Below, one piece after another: positions 8,138-17,512 of a stretch of 64,000 nucleotides of DNA. Under the pieces are notes generated by a model. It ran no database searches. It saw nothing but the letters and a program-made list of their open reading frames with translations, and had not been told where the DNA came from. The position numbers and the translations under genes are program-made. Each line of letters starts with the position of its first letter. Position 1 is the first letter of the stretch. This DNA comes from an uncultured Acidobacteriaceae bacterium (GTDB taxonomy: Bacteria; Acidobacteriota; Terriglobia; Terriglobales; Acidobacteriaceae), in assembly GCA_963755485.1 (NCBI GenBank), contig CAVWJR010000002.1:12514-76513 (forward strand), read 5' to 3'.

Positions 8138-8190
8138 AGCCCCGTAACGCCTGGGGGAGGGGGTACCCCCTCAACTGCTATAACCACATC

Positions 8191-9009
8191 ATGATCGACT
8201 CGCACGCCCATCTCGATAGTCCTCGCTACGACGAGGATCGCTCCGCGCTCCTCGAGCGCGCCTGGGCTGCGGGCGTGCGTCAGGTTCTCTCCATCGGCAT
8301 CGGCGAGGGGCCCGACACTATGCAGCAGGCTCTCGAAATCAGCCGCCAGTTTGCCGGCCAGCCCGGCATTCCGAAAATCTGGGCCAGCGCCGGAGTTCAC
8401 CCCCACGAAGCCCGCTTTGCCGACGATGCCGCGTACTCCAAACTCGATCACCTGCTGCAGCAACCGGAAGTCCTGGCCTGCGGCGAAATCGGCCTCGACT
8501 ATTTCTACGATCACTCTCCACGCGAGGCGCAGCAATCCGTCTTCACGCGCCAGATGGAAATCGCCGCCGCCCGCAAAAAACCCATCATCATCCATTGCCG
8601 CCCCTCGCAAAATTCCACCGACGCCTGGGACGACATTCTGGAAATACTGGAGACGCAATGGGCGCGCAACAACCTCGGCGGCATCCTCCACTGTTTTACC
8701 GGCGAGTGGCGCCACGCTCGCGAAGCCATGGACCTCGGATTCCTCATCTCCTTCGCCGGCAACATCACCTTCCCCAAAGCGCAGGAGATCCGCGATGTGG
8801 CTGCTATCGTCCCGCTCGATCGCATGCTCATTGAAACCGACGCACCCTTTCTCGCGCCCATTCCCAACCGCGGCAAACGCAATGAGCCCGCCTGGGTGAA
8901 GCAGGTGGCCGTGAAGATCGCCGAGATTCGCAACCTGGCGACGGAGGAGGTCGCCGTCCGCACCACGGAAAACTTCAGTGCTTTTTTCCGAACCGCAATT
9001 GCCGCCTGA
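8191..9009 (+). CDS. tatD: TatD-family metal-dependent hydrolase/DNase
   Basis: MIDSHAHLD... at the N-terminus, then ...GEIGLDYFYDHSPREAQQSVF..., IIHCR, ILHCFTG and ETDAPFLAP, which are typical TatD motifs. Confidence 0.9.
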   Translation: MIDSHAHLDSPRYDEDRSALLERAWAAGVRQVLSIGIGEGPDTMQQALEISRQFAGQPGIPKIWASAGVHPHEARFADDAAYSKLDHLLQQPEVLACGEIGLDYFYDHSPREAQQSVFTRQMEIAAARKKPIIIHCRPSQNSTDAWDDILEILETQWARNNLGGILHCFTGEWRHAREAMDLGFLISFAGNITFPKAQEIRDVAAIVPLDRMLIETDAPFLAPIPNRGKRNEPAWVKQVAVKIAEIRNLATEEVAVRTTENFSAFFRTAIAA

Positions 9010-9058
9010 ACCCGCCTTTCCGGCGGGTAGCGGATAATCTAAAGGAGAGGCTTCGAAG

Positions 9059-9559
9059 ATGGCTGCTGAGAACTCCTTCGACATCGTCGCCAAAGTGGAC
9101 ATGCAGGAAGTGCGCAACGCCATCGATCAGGCGGTGAAGGAAGTGCGCACTCGTTTCGACCTGAAGGATTCGAAGTCGGAAATCAACCTCGAGGGCGAAG
9201 ACGCCATCCAGCTCGCTTCGGTGGACGAATACAAATTGCAGGCCGTCACAGAAATTCTGCGCCAGAAGCTGGTCAAGCGCGGCGTTTCGCTCAAAGCGCT
9301 CACCTTCGGTAAAGTGGAGCCGGCAGCTGGCTCCAGCGTTCGCCAGAAGATCACCCTGCAGCAGGGCATCGCTGGAGAGAAAGCCAAAGAGATCGTTAGA
9401 ATCATTAAAGATTCCAAAAAGAAGGTTCAGGCCTCCATCCAGGGTGATAGCGTTCGAGTCACGGGACGCGATCGCGATTCTCTGCAGGAAGTGATTGCGC
9501 TGCTCCGCGGCCGCGATCTCGGCATCGATATGCAGTTCACCAATTACCGCTCCAACTGA
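9059..9559 (+). CDS. yajQ: YajQ-family (UPF0234) nucleotide / c-di-GMP-binding protein
   Basis: [37 protein letters not shown]...MQFTNYR. The length of 166 aa is typical for the family. Confidence 0.85.
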   Translation: MAAENSFDIVAKVDMQEVRNAIDQAVKEVRTRFDLKDSKSEINLEGEDAIQLASVDEYKLQAVTEILRQKLVKRGVSLKALTFGKVEPAAGSSVRQKITLQQGIAGEKAKEIVRIIKDSKKKVQASIQGDSVRVTGRDRDSLQEVIALLRGRDLGIDMQFTNYRSN

Positions 9560-9586
9560 GCGGCTCACGGCCCGGGAGACAAGTAA

Positions 9587-10579
9587 GTGAGCACAGTGGC
9601 GACAGCGACGGCGAAGGAAGTTTTCGATCTGCTGCACGACGACCTCGCGGCCATCGAGCGCGAGTTCGGCACGGACGCTGTCTCTTCAGTCGCCGCCATC
9701 ACGGAGATCACCGATTATCTGCGCGAGGGCGGCGGGAAACGCATCCGTCCTTCCCTGCTGCTGCTGGCGGCGCGCAGCCTCGGCTACAGCAGTCACGGCA
9801 TGATCCGCCTCGGAGCCGTCGTCGAAATGGTGCACACCGCGACGCTGGTGCACGACGACATCATCGACGCTGCCGACATGCGCCGCGGCCGCCCTTCCAC
9901 CAATCGCACCTGGGGCAATGCCAAATGCGTTCTGGTCGGTGACTGGCTCTACATGCAGGCATTTCGCGTTGCTCTGGAAGAACGCAGTTTTCGCGTTCTC
10001 GACTTGCTCATCAGCCTCACGCAGCAAATGGTCGAAGGCGAGCTGCTGCAGATGGAGCGGCTGGGTAAACCGATCTCAGAGGGCGAGTACAACGAGCTCA
10101 TCTACCGCAAGACCGCCTGTCTGTTTGAAGTTTCTATGCGACTCGGAGCGGTCCTCGCCGGCGCCGATCGGGCGACGGAAGACTCTATGGGCGAATACGG
10201 CCGCAACCTCGGCCTGGCGTTCCAGATCGTCGACGACGTACTCGATCTCACCGCTACCGAAGAAGTGCTGGGTAAGCCGGTGGCCAGCGATCTCCGCGAA
10301 GGTAAGGCGACGCTGGCGGTGATCCACACGCTCGACAACGGAAGCACGCCTGCCGAGCGCGCAGCCATCCAGACCGTTCTCAGCGATCGCAATTTTGAGC
10401 GCGTTACGCCCGGGGAGATTCTGCACATCCTCACCCGCAATCAGTCAGTGCACTACGCCATGCAGGCCGCGTATAAGTATTCGGCGGCAGCGCAGGCAGC
10501 GCTCGCAGTACTTCCCGACTCCGATTACAAACGCGCTCTGCAGTGGATGCCCGAATTCGTCGTAGCCCGCGAAAAGTAG
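9587..10579 (+). CDS. Trans-polyprenyl diphosphate synthase (octaprenyl/heptaprenyl type)
   Basis: The first Asp-rich motif is LVHDDIIDAADMRRGRPS and the second is FQIVDDVLD. The start codon is GTG. Confidence 0.88.
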   Translation: MSTVATATAKEVFDLLHDDLAAIEREFGTDAVSSVAAITEITDYLREGGGKRIRPSLLLLAARSLGYSSHGMIRLGAVVEMVHTATLVHDDIIDAADMRRGRPSTNRTWGNAKCVLVGDWLYMQAFRVALEERSFRVLDLLISLTQQMVEGELLQMERLGKPISEGEYNELIYRKTACLFEVSMRLGAVLAGADRATEDSMGEYGRNLGLAFQIVDDVLDLTATEEVLGKPVASDLREGKATLAVIHTLDNGSTPAERAAIQTVLSDRNFERVTPGEILHILTRNQSVHYAMQAAYKYSAAAQAALAVLPDSDYKRALQWMPEFVVAREK

Positions 10580-10639
10580 ATCCTCCCGCATGAAGCTTGA
10601 ATTCCTTAACCGCTCCTCACGGGAGCGCAGTAGCCTTGT

Positions 10640-11653
10640 ATGACAATGAAGCTTTCCGAAATCGCCGCGGCGCTCGGCGCCGAGCTTCGCCTCGCCGGTC
10701 CTGACGTCGAGATTCAGTATGTCTCGGCAACCGGCACCGCAACGCCGGCGTCGCTGGTGTTTGCCGAAGACACGCAGACCCTCGCGTCCGCACAGGCTTC
10801 GCATGCAGCTGCTGTGATCGTCTCGCCAAAACTGGAGGCGGCAGCAAAGGGCAATTCCCTGGTCGTTGTTGCTCAGCCGCGGCTCGCCTTCGCTCGCGCC
10901 GCGCGCCTGCTGAGGCCGCCGGAAACTGAGGTTGGTGTGCATTCAACAGCTGTCGTGCACACCTCAGCGACCCTCAGCGAAAACGTCTCTGTTGAACCTT
11001 ACGTGGTGATCGAGGCCGATGTGCAGGTCGGTCCAGGCACGCGGATCGGCGCCGGAACTGTCATCGGCGCCGGAGTCACAATTGGCGCTTTTTGCCGCAT
11101 CTACCCTCGCGTGGTGATTTATCCAGGAACAGAGCTCGGCAACAACGTGGTTCTCCACGCGGGAGTGGTCCTCGGCTCGGACGGCTTCGGCTATGTCCGC
11201 GATGCGACGAATGGCGAATACCTGCAGTTTCCACAACAAGGCCGCCTTATCCTTGAAGATAACGTCGAGATTGGCGCCAATACCACGATCGACCGTGGTG
11301 CCCTCGAGGAAACGCGGATCGAGCGAGGAGTGAAAATCGACAACCTCGTGCATCTCGGCCACAACGTACGGGTCGGCCGCAATGTGGTCATCGCCGCCCA
11401 GACCGGCGTTTCCGGCTCCAGCACCATCGGCGCTGATGCGATCGTCGGCGGCCAGGTCGGCATCGGCGATCACGCTGCGGTGGGAGAGAAGGTCATTCTC
11501 GGTTCCGGCTCCGGCGTCTTGACGCACAAGAAGGTAAAGGGCGCTGGCGTCGTCTTCTGGGGCCGGCCGGCGCGGCCGCTGAAGCAATATTTGAAGGAAC
11601 TAGCTGCACTCGCGCGCTTGGCTCGCACATCAGAGAAAGAGGAGGAGGAATAA
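10640..11653 (+). CDS. lpxD: UDP-3-O-acylglucosamine N-acyltransferase
   Basis: An LpxD N-terminal domain is followed by left-handed beta-helix hexapeptide repeats (..[14 protein letters not shown].., [21 protein letters not shown]..). The length is 337 aa. Confidence 0.88.
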   Translation: MTMKLSEIAAALGAELRLAGPDVEIQYVSATGTATPASLVFAEDTQTLASAQASHAAAVIVSPKLEAAAKGNSLVVVAQPRLAFARAARLLRPPETEVGVHSTAVVHTSATLSENVSVEPYVVIEADVQVGPGTRIGAGTVIGAGVTIGAFCRIYPRVVIYPGTELGNNVVLHAGVVLGSDGFGYVRDATNGEYLQFPQQGRLILEDNVEIGANTTIDRGALEETRIERGVKIDNLVHLGHNVRVGRNVVIAAQTGVSGSSTIGADAIVGGQVGIGDHAAVGEKVILGSGSGVLTHKKVKGAGVVFWGRPARPLKQYLKELAALARLARTSEKEEEE

Positions 11654-11655
11654 GC

Positions 11656-12267
11656 GTGGCCGTTGTTGTCGTTGGCGGCAATTCGCGCAGCGTGGGCAAG
11701 ACCTCGGTCGTCGCCGGGCTCATCGCGCGCCTGCCGGAATTCCACTGGACCGCCTTCAAGATCACGCAATATGGGCACGGATTTTGTACCGCGGATGGGA
11801 AGCCCTGCCAGTGCCAGACCGCTGACTCGTGCGTCGCCGTCAACGCTGAACACGATTCAGCCAGCGGAACCGACACATCGCGCTTCCTCGCCGCGGGCGC
11901 AGCGCGCTCCATCTGGGTGCGAACCCGCATCGGCATGCTGGCCGAGGCCATGCCGAAAATCGAAAAGGAAATCCGGGCTTCGGAGAATGCCATCCTCGAA
12001 TCGAACAGCATCATCGAGTTCTTCCGGCCCGATCTTTACCTCACTGTCCTCGATTCCGGAGTCACCGATTTCAAGGATTCCGCGCGGCGTTTCCTGGGCA
12101 AAGCCGACGCGCTGCTGCTTTCGTCAGCCGACGCTGAAGCTCCGCGTGACCTCAGCGCTCTCGACGGCAAACCACGTTTCCAAATCCCTCCGCCCGATTA
12201 CATGAGCGACGGGTTGGTCGAGTTCGTACGGACCCGAATAGCGACGAAGAGCGCGGCCCTCATTTGA
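11656..12267 (+). CDS. MobB-like P-loop NTPase with a four-Cys cluster; function unknown
   Basis: Walker A is VVVGGNSRSVGKTSVVAGLI. There is weak MobB-like similarity (..AFKITQYGHG.., SRFLAAGAARSIWV). The Cys cluster is C-x7-C-x-C-x5-C (GFCTADGKPCQCQTADSC). The GTG start lies 2 nt after the lpxD stop. Confidence 0.55.
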   Translation: MAVVVVGGNSRSVGKTSVVAGLIARLPEFHWTAFKITQYGHGFCTADGKPCQCQTADSCVAVNAEHDSASGTDTSRFLAAGAARSIWVRTRIGMLAEAMPKIEKEIRASENAILESNSIIEFFRPDLYLTVLDSGVTDFKDSARRFLGKADALLLSSADAEAPRDLSALDGKPRFQIPPPDYMSDGLVEFVRTRIATKSAALI

Positions 12268-12326
12268 CAACCTGAATGTTGTATTTCCAGGAGAGTGGCA
12301 GGGATTATCCTTGATCAGGCAGTTTT

Positions 12327-12863
12327 ATGGCGTTACCCGCTCAAATTCCGGACAAGAAGCCACGACAAGTTCCAGTGGAGGTCTATCTGCGCTGCTCCGA
12401 CTGGGAGCCGGACGCCGAATACGTGGACGGCGAGATCGAGGAGAGACCCGTGGGAGAATACGATCATTCGTCGTGGCAGCATGCGATTCAGACATGGTTC
12501 CAGACACACGCCAAAGAATGGAATATCCGCGTCCGGCCTGAACTACGAATTCAGGTGGCCCCGACGCGTTTCCGCGTTCCGGATGTGACCGTACTCGACC
12601 GCAACCAGCCAGTCGAACAGATCATTACTCATCCTCCAATCGCTGTCTTCGAAGTCCTTTCGCCGGAGGATCGCCATGCACGGTTCACGCGCAAATTGCA
12701 GGACTACGAAGCTATGGGAATTTCGCAAATCTGGGTGATCGACCCGGAGGGGCCTTCGATCCATCGCTATCAGGAGGGCCATCTAAGCCCAACCAGCATC
12801 TTCGAAGATGCTGGGCGCGGAATCCGCTTCGAGATGTCCGCCATCGAGGAACTGCTCGATTAG
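12327..12863 (+). CDS. Uma2-family (DUF820) putative endonuclease
   Basis: EYVDGEI, then ...RFRVPDVTVLDRNQP...PPIAVFEVLSPED... and GISQIWVIDPE. These match the PD-(D/E)xK-like Uma2 signature. Confidence 0.8.
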   Translation: MALPAQIPDKKPRQVPVEVYLRCSDWEPDAEYVDGEIEERPVGEYDHSSWQHAIQTWFQTHAKEWNIRVRPELRIQVAPTRFRVPDVTVLDRNQPVEQIITHPPIAVFEVLSPEDRHARFTRKLQDYEAMGISQIWVIDPEGPSIHRYQEGHLSPTSIFEDAGRGIRFEMSAIEELLD

Positions 12864-12864
12864 C

Positions 12865-13080
12865 TTATGGCCCGAACGGTTCGCGTTTCATCGACCCGTC
12901 GCGCTGCTTCACCAGCAACTCGACTCTTCCTTCGGCTTCCTCCAGTTGCTTGCGGCACTCGGCAGAAAGCCGCGTGCCCTCCTCGAAGAGGCGCACCGAA
13001 TCTTCGAGGCTCAGATCGCCGCGCTCCAGGCTGGCGACAATCTCTTCCAGCTTCGTCAGGGACTCTTCAAAACTAGCCAA
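12865..13080 (-). CDS. xseB: Exodeoxyribonuclease VII small subunit
   Basis: SFEESLTKLEEIVASLERGDLSLEDSVRLFEEGTRLSAECRKQLEEAEGRVELL; 71 aa. It overlaps the upstream gene's stop by 8 nt. Confidence 0.88.
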   Translation of the reverse strand: MASFEESLTKLEEIVASLERGDLSLEDSVRLFEEGTRLSAECRKQLEEAEGRVELLVKQRDGSMKREPFGP

Positions 13081-15001
13081 CGCGCGTCTCCTCCGCCTTC
13101 ATAGCCGGAACGGCGTTCTTCGGATCTCTGCCGGGCAGCACTCCGGCAAGCACTTCCGCCGCGGCACTGTAGCGGCCGAAGGGCGCGCTCACCTGAACAC
13201 CCTGCACCATGCCGCGCGCTGCGGCGAGCATCTCCTGGGCGATGCTGATTCCCTCAGCGCGGGCCGTTTCGGGGCTGGACGCTCGCTGCATGCGCAGCAG
13301 GATCTCATCGGGAACGCTGACGCGCAGGTCGTTCTTCATGAACTCGGCGTTGCGCAGGCTGGTGAGCGGCCAGATGCCGGCAACAATCGGAATCCGAAAG
13401 CTCTCGATGCGCCTCAGAAACACCTCGAGCACGCGCAAGTCGAAAACCGGCTGGGTTACGCCGTATTCGGCGCCAGCTTCGACCTTCCACGCGAAGCGGC
13501 GAACTTCGTTGTCCAGGTCGGGAACGCCGGGATTGGCAGCCACGGCAATCGTAAACCCCGTCGAAGCGCCGATGGGATTGCCGCCGATATCGAGCCCATG
13601 GTTGAGACGGTGAACGATGTTGACCAGGCCAATCGCATCCACGTCGTAAACCGCAGTGGCATCGGGATAATTACCGAGCTTCGGCGGATCGCCGGTCAGG
13701 CAGAGGACATTCCTGAGTCCGATCGAGGAGGCGCCCAGCAAATCGCTCTGGATGCTCAGCACGTTGCGGTCGCGGCAGGTGTAATGCAACAGCGTCTCAA
13801 TCCCGGTCTTCTGCTGAATCTGAATGCAGAGGCTCTGTGCGCTCATACGCGCGGAAGCGCGAGGCGAATCCGGTACGTTGATGGCGTGGATTCCGAGATC
13901 GGCCAGTTCCTGCGCGCCCTTCAGCTCCTTGCTGCAGTCGATGCCCCGCGGCGGTACGATCTCGACCATCGTGACAAACGAGCCTTCGTGCACCAGCCGC
14001 CCCAGGCGCGAGCGCTCCTGAATCGACACGGGGGGCGTTTCCGTGACGATAGGCTCTTTCTTTGAGACCCGCGCCGCGGCAGCGGCCTGGGCCTCGCTTG
14101 CCCGTAAGGCCGACTTCATGGCGCGGATATGCTGCGGCGTCGTTCCGCAACACCCGCCGATAAACTGCACACCGGCGCGCGTGAACTTGCGCGCGAAGCT
14201 GGCCATGTACTCGGGCGAGCAGAGGTAGATGTTGCGTCCTTCCACGGAACGCGGCATGCCAGCGTTGGGCATGGCCATCAGGGGCAAGGTTGTGGCCGCT
14301 GCCATGTGCTCGATGGCGGTGAGAACCGTCGCCGGGCCCACGCTGCAGTTGCAGCCAATGCCATCCACGCCCCAGGACTCGATCCGAGCTGCTGCGGTCT
14401 CCGCGGACGCACCATCGAGACAGTTTCCCTCTTCGTCCACCGTGACCATCACTACCACGGGAACCTCCGGCGCAGTAGCGCGAGCCGCCAGTACTGCCTG
14501 CTCCGCCTCATTCAGCGCCGGCATGGTTTCGATCAGCAACAGGTCGACGCCAACCCCTGGGCCACCGCTGGTGAGCGCACGAATCTGCTCGGCGAATGCT
14601 TCCCGAGCCTCATCGAGGCTCGTCTTACCCAGTGGCTCCAGATGCACACCCAGCGGCCCAACCGAACCCGCAACGAATGCCGTGCCCGCCTGTTTGTCGG
14701 CCAACTGGCGAACCGCCTGGCGAGCAATCGCGACTCCCGCCTCGTTGATCGCCGCCACCTTGTCCCGCAGTCCGTAACGATCCAGGCGAACGGCGTTGGC
14801 CCCGAAGGTGTTGGTCTCGATGATTTCCGCACCGGCCTGCAGATATTCCTCATGCACGCTGCGCACCAGTTCGGCCTGGGAGAGATTCAGCTCGTCGTAA
14901 CAGCGATTGATGAACACGCCGCGCGCGTAGAGAGAGGTGCCCATGGCGCCGTCGCAGAGGACGGTGCGGCGGCCGAAGATCGGATCAAGACGGCTGCTCA
15001 T
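13073..15001 (-). CDS. Bifunctional homocysteine S-methyltransferase / 5,10-methylenetetrahydrofolate reductase (YitJ-like architecture)
   Basis: The N-terminal Hcy-binding domain reads DGAMGTSLY..., ETNTFGAN and GGCCGTTPQHIRAM. The C-terminal half is MTHFR-like (..TCRDRN.., LCLTGDPP). The length is 642 aa. Confidence 0.85.
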   Translation of the reverse strand: MSSRLDPIFGRRTVLCDGAMGTSLYARGVFINRCYDELNLSQAELVRSVHEEYLQAGAEIIETNTFGANAVRLDRYGLRDKVAAINEAGVAIARQAVRQLADKQAGTAFVAGSVGPLGVHLEPLGKTSLDEAREAFAEQIRALTSGGPGVGVDLLLIETMPALNEAEQAVLAARATAPEVPVVVMVTVDEEGNCLDGASAETAAARIESWGVDGIGCNCSVGPATVLTAIEHMAAATTLPLMAMPNAGMPRSVEGRNIYLCSPEYMASFARKFTRAGVQFIGGCCGTTPQHIRAMKSALRASEAQAAAAARVSKKEPIVTETPPVSIQERSRLGRLVHEGSFVTMVEIVPPRGIDCSKELKGAQELADLGIHAINVPDSPRASARMSAQSLCIQIQQKTGIETLLHYTCRDRNVLSIQSDLLGASSIGLRNVLCLTGDPPKLGNYPDATAVYDVDAIGLVNIVHRLNHGLDIGGNPIGASTGFTIAVAANPGVPDLDNEVRRFAWKVEAGAEYGVTQPVFDLRVLEVFLRRIESFRIPIVAGIWPLTSLRNAEFMKNDLRVSVPDEILLRMQRASSPETARAEGISIAQEMLAAARGMVQGVQVSAPFGRYSAAAEVLAGVLPGRDPKNAVPAMKAEETRVG

Positions 15002-15158
15002 GCGGGGGATAATCCTGCCTCATGGTATCAGGCGATCGCTCCGCTTCGAGCCGCCGACGACACCCTTGCCGGGGACCGAATGCTGTGCATTGCCCTGATA
15101 TACTTGGCTTTTCCTACGAGATTGCCGCAACCTATGCCGCTGGTGAGGTTCTAAAGTT

Positions 15159-16661
15159 TTGAAGAAGAGAAGTTCCCTGTATCTGATTGCTGTCCTCAGC
15201 TCGGTTTTCCTGATCTCGAACGTCATCAGTTCCTGCGGGCAGAGCTACTATTTCGCAGGCCGCGCTCTGCCGCCCAGCGGCGTACTCAATCGCGTTCTCA
15301 TCGCCGAGCAGAATCCCAGCGCATTCGCTACCGGCGCTCTGCCTTTCATGGACGCCTATTACGACATCCGTCATGCCTATAACACCTCTTCCGGGCAGCT
15401 GACCATCTCCGGCTACTCCGGCAAGCTGCCGCTGACGATCCAGAACATGCCGGAGCAGCAGACAGGCGCTGTCTATGGCGAAGGCGACGGCAGTCTGGCG
15501 TTGGTGAGCTACGCGCAGGAAAAGGTGAGCGCGACGGTCAGCCTTCCCGGAGGTCTCTCCAGCAGCACCGAGGGGGTTCCGTACAACGGTGTTTTCATCA
15601 GTCGCGATCTTGGATATGTTTACGCGGCCAATCCGTCCACCCATGTCATCAGTGTGGCGAACCGTAACAACGGCGCTTCCCTCACGCTGAACCTGCCGAA
15701 TGCGTACGGGATCTCGGTGAACCCAGGCGGCACCATCGCGCTGGTCTTTGTTCAGAACGCAACCCAGCCCGCCGGCCAGACTGTAAACGTGGCTCCGCCG
15801 CAAAGTTTCGCGGTGTATAGCATCGTGCAGCTGACGCAGGCGCAGCAGGCCGCGGCGGTCAACAATCCCAATTATCTCGGCGCACAGGACTGCGAACCGC
15901 AGAAGCTGCCGACCTGGTGCGTTTTTCCTGTGAGCACCGGGTCTTCGGCGACGTTCGATCATCCCATCAAGGCGTTATTCTCGCCCGATGGCACAACCGC
16001 TTACGTGATCGACTGCGGACCCGAATGTGGCGGCACGACCGCAGGACTCACCGTCATTCCAATCATTCCGTCGTCCATTAATACCGGCAGCACCGGCGCC
16101 AGCGGCATTGCTCTGGTTGCACAGAGCAACATCGCCATCCCGAATGGAGCGACCAACGCGATTTTCAGTGGCAACACGATGTACATTGCCGGTCAGCAGT
16201 ATCAGGCTTCGAGCGGCCTCTTTGCCGGGTACCTCACGGTCATGAACACACCTGCCAACACGATTGCGGGAAGCTATTCGATTGGCGATGGCATACATAA
16301 CCGGATGGTCTTTGGTGACGACAACACCCTTTGGATCGGCTCCTCGCAGTGCAATCAGGGGGTACGCTACCAGCAGGCGCAGACCGGAGCGAATATTCAG
16401 TTCGGGTGTATCACAATGTTCAACACCTCAACCAATGCCGTGCTGATCGACCCCTATCTGGGGGACGGAACAGGTATCGCGGATGTCGAGGGCTTGCACA
16501 AGGTCTACACGACTGAAGGCGGGCAAATTTACATCTACAGCACTGTGCCGGGATCAAACGGCATCGTCGCGCTCGACAATTCCAACGTCACCATCGCCGG
16601 CACAGCCATCGACTGCGCGTACATGGACGCCGGCAGCGACGACAACAACACCATCTACTGA
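15159..16661 (+). CDS. Lipoprotein with YVTN/YncE-type beta-propeller repeats; function unknown
   Basis: MKKRSSLYLIAVLSSVFLISNVISSCGQ is a signal peptide with a lipobox Cys. Repeated ..GYVYAANPSTHVISV.., ..TAYVIDCG.. segments follow. The start is TTG behind GAGG. Confidence 0.65.
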   Translation: MKKRSSLYLIAVLSSVFLISNVISSCGQSYYFAGRALPPSGVLNRVLIAEQNPSAFATGALPFMDAYYDIRHAYNTSSGQLTISGYSGKLPLTIQNMPEQQTGAVYGEGDGSLALVSYAQEKVSATVSLPGGLSSSTEGVPYNGVFISRDLGYVYAANPSTHVISVANRNNGASLTLNLPNAYGISVNPGGTIALVFVQNATQPAGQTVNVAPPQSFAVYSIVQLTQAQQAAAVNNPNYLGAQDCEPQKLPTWCVFPVSTGSSATFDHPIKALFSPDGTTAYVIDCGPECGGTTAGLTVIPIIPSSINTGSTGASGIALVAQSNIAIPNGATNAIFSGNTMYIAGQQYQASSGLFAGYLTVMNTPANTIAGSYSIGDGIHNRMVFGDDNTLWIGSSQCNQGVRYQQAQTGANIQFGCITMFNTSTNAVLIDPYLGDGTGIADVEGLHKVYTTEGGQIYIYSTVPGSNGIVALDNSNVTIAGTAIDCAYMDAGSDDNNTIY

Positions 16662-16684
16662 CCCTTATTCGACGCTCCAAAGGC

Positions 16685-17407
16685 ATGGCGGAACAACCGA
16701 TCGCCGAGGTTCTTGCCATCGCGGCTCATCGCGACGACGTGGAGCAAACCTGTGGCGGCACGCTGCTGCGTATGCGCTCGCTGGGCGTCTCAACCGCTAT
16801 TCTCGATCTGACCCAGGGTGAAGCCGGAACCCGCGGCTCTGCGGAAGAACGCGCGGCAGAAGCCGCGGAAGCGGCCCGCATCCTTGGGGTCGCCCGGCGT
16901 GATGCACTCGATATCCCCGATGGGCGAGTCGAAAACACCTGGGAGAATCGGTTAAAGATCGTCGATGTCCTGCGCAGCGTTCGTCCTCGCGTCGTCATTC
17001 TCCCTTACTGGACTGGCCGCCACCCCGACCACTACACGACCTCAACCCTCGGCTACGAAGCTTGCTTTCTTTCTGGCCTCGCCAGGATCGAAACCGGAAC
17101 CCCACCACATCGGCCCTTCAAGATTGTGTATGCCAGCCTTTACGCCGATGTGCGGCCGACGTTCGTTGTGGACATCACCCCTTTCATCGACGATCGCCAC
17201 CGCGCGCTCATGGCTTACCAATCTCAATACGCCAACCAGTCTGCGGGTATTGGCCTGTTTGTTCCTGAAGAAGAAATTCGCGAGCGCACCTTTGCCGAAG
17301 CGCGGCACTACGGAACCCTCGCCGGCGTTCGCTACGCCGAGCCGTTTGTCCAGAAAGAAGTGGGTCTGGTCGACGATCTGACGCTGATCCCCGTTCAGTC
17401 TCTCTAA
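16685..17407 (+). CDS. PIG-L family N-acetylglucosaminyl deacetylase (BshB1-like)
   Basis: VLAIAAHRDDVEQTCGGTLL...DLTQGEAGTRGSAEERAAEAAEAARILGV. This is the AHPDD-type motif, here AHRDD. Confidence 0.75.
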   Translation: MAEQPIAEVLAIAAHRDDVEQTCGGTLLRMRSLGVSTAILDLTQGEAGTRGSAEERAAEAAEAARILGVARRDALDIPDGRVENTWENRLKIVDVLRSVRPRVVILPYWTGRHPDHYTTSTLGYEACFLSGLARIETGTPPHRPFKIVYASLYADVRPTFVVDITPFIDDRHRALMAYQSQYANQSAGIGLFVPEEEIRERTFAEARHYGTLAGVRYAEPFVQKEVGLVDDLTLIPVQSL

Positions 17408-17512
17408 AACGATTCACTTCGGCGCGCACCCCATCTGGACGAGCCCGATGCAACCGTGTACAGTGACCTCCGGCAAGCGCATCCAAATCCTCCATACGAG
17501 GAAACCCAAAGC

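Noticed and set aside
15026-15100. Classical S-box (SAM-I) riboswitch upstream of the YitJ-like gene
   Set aside because: The closing helix and a CCCGGCAA-like element exist, but the conserved SAM-I core (GAGGGA k-turn region, GCAACC junction, AGA-UGAG closing) is absent. It is kept only as a generic possible structured leader in the findings.
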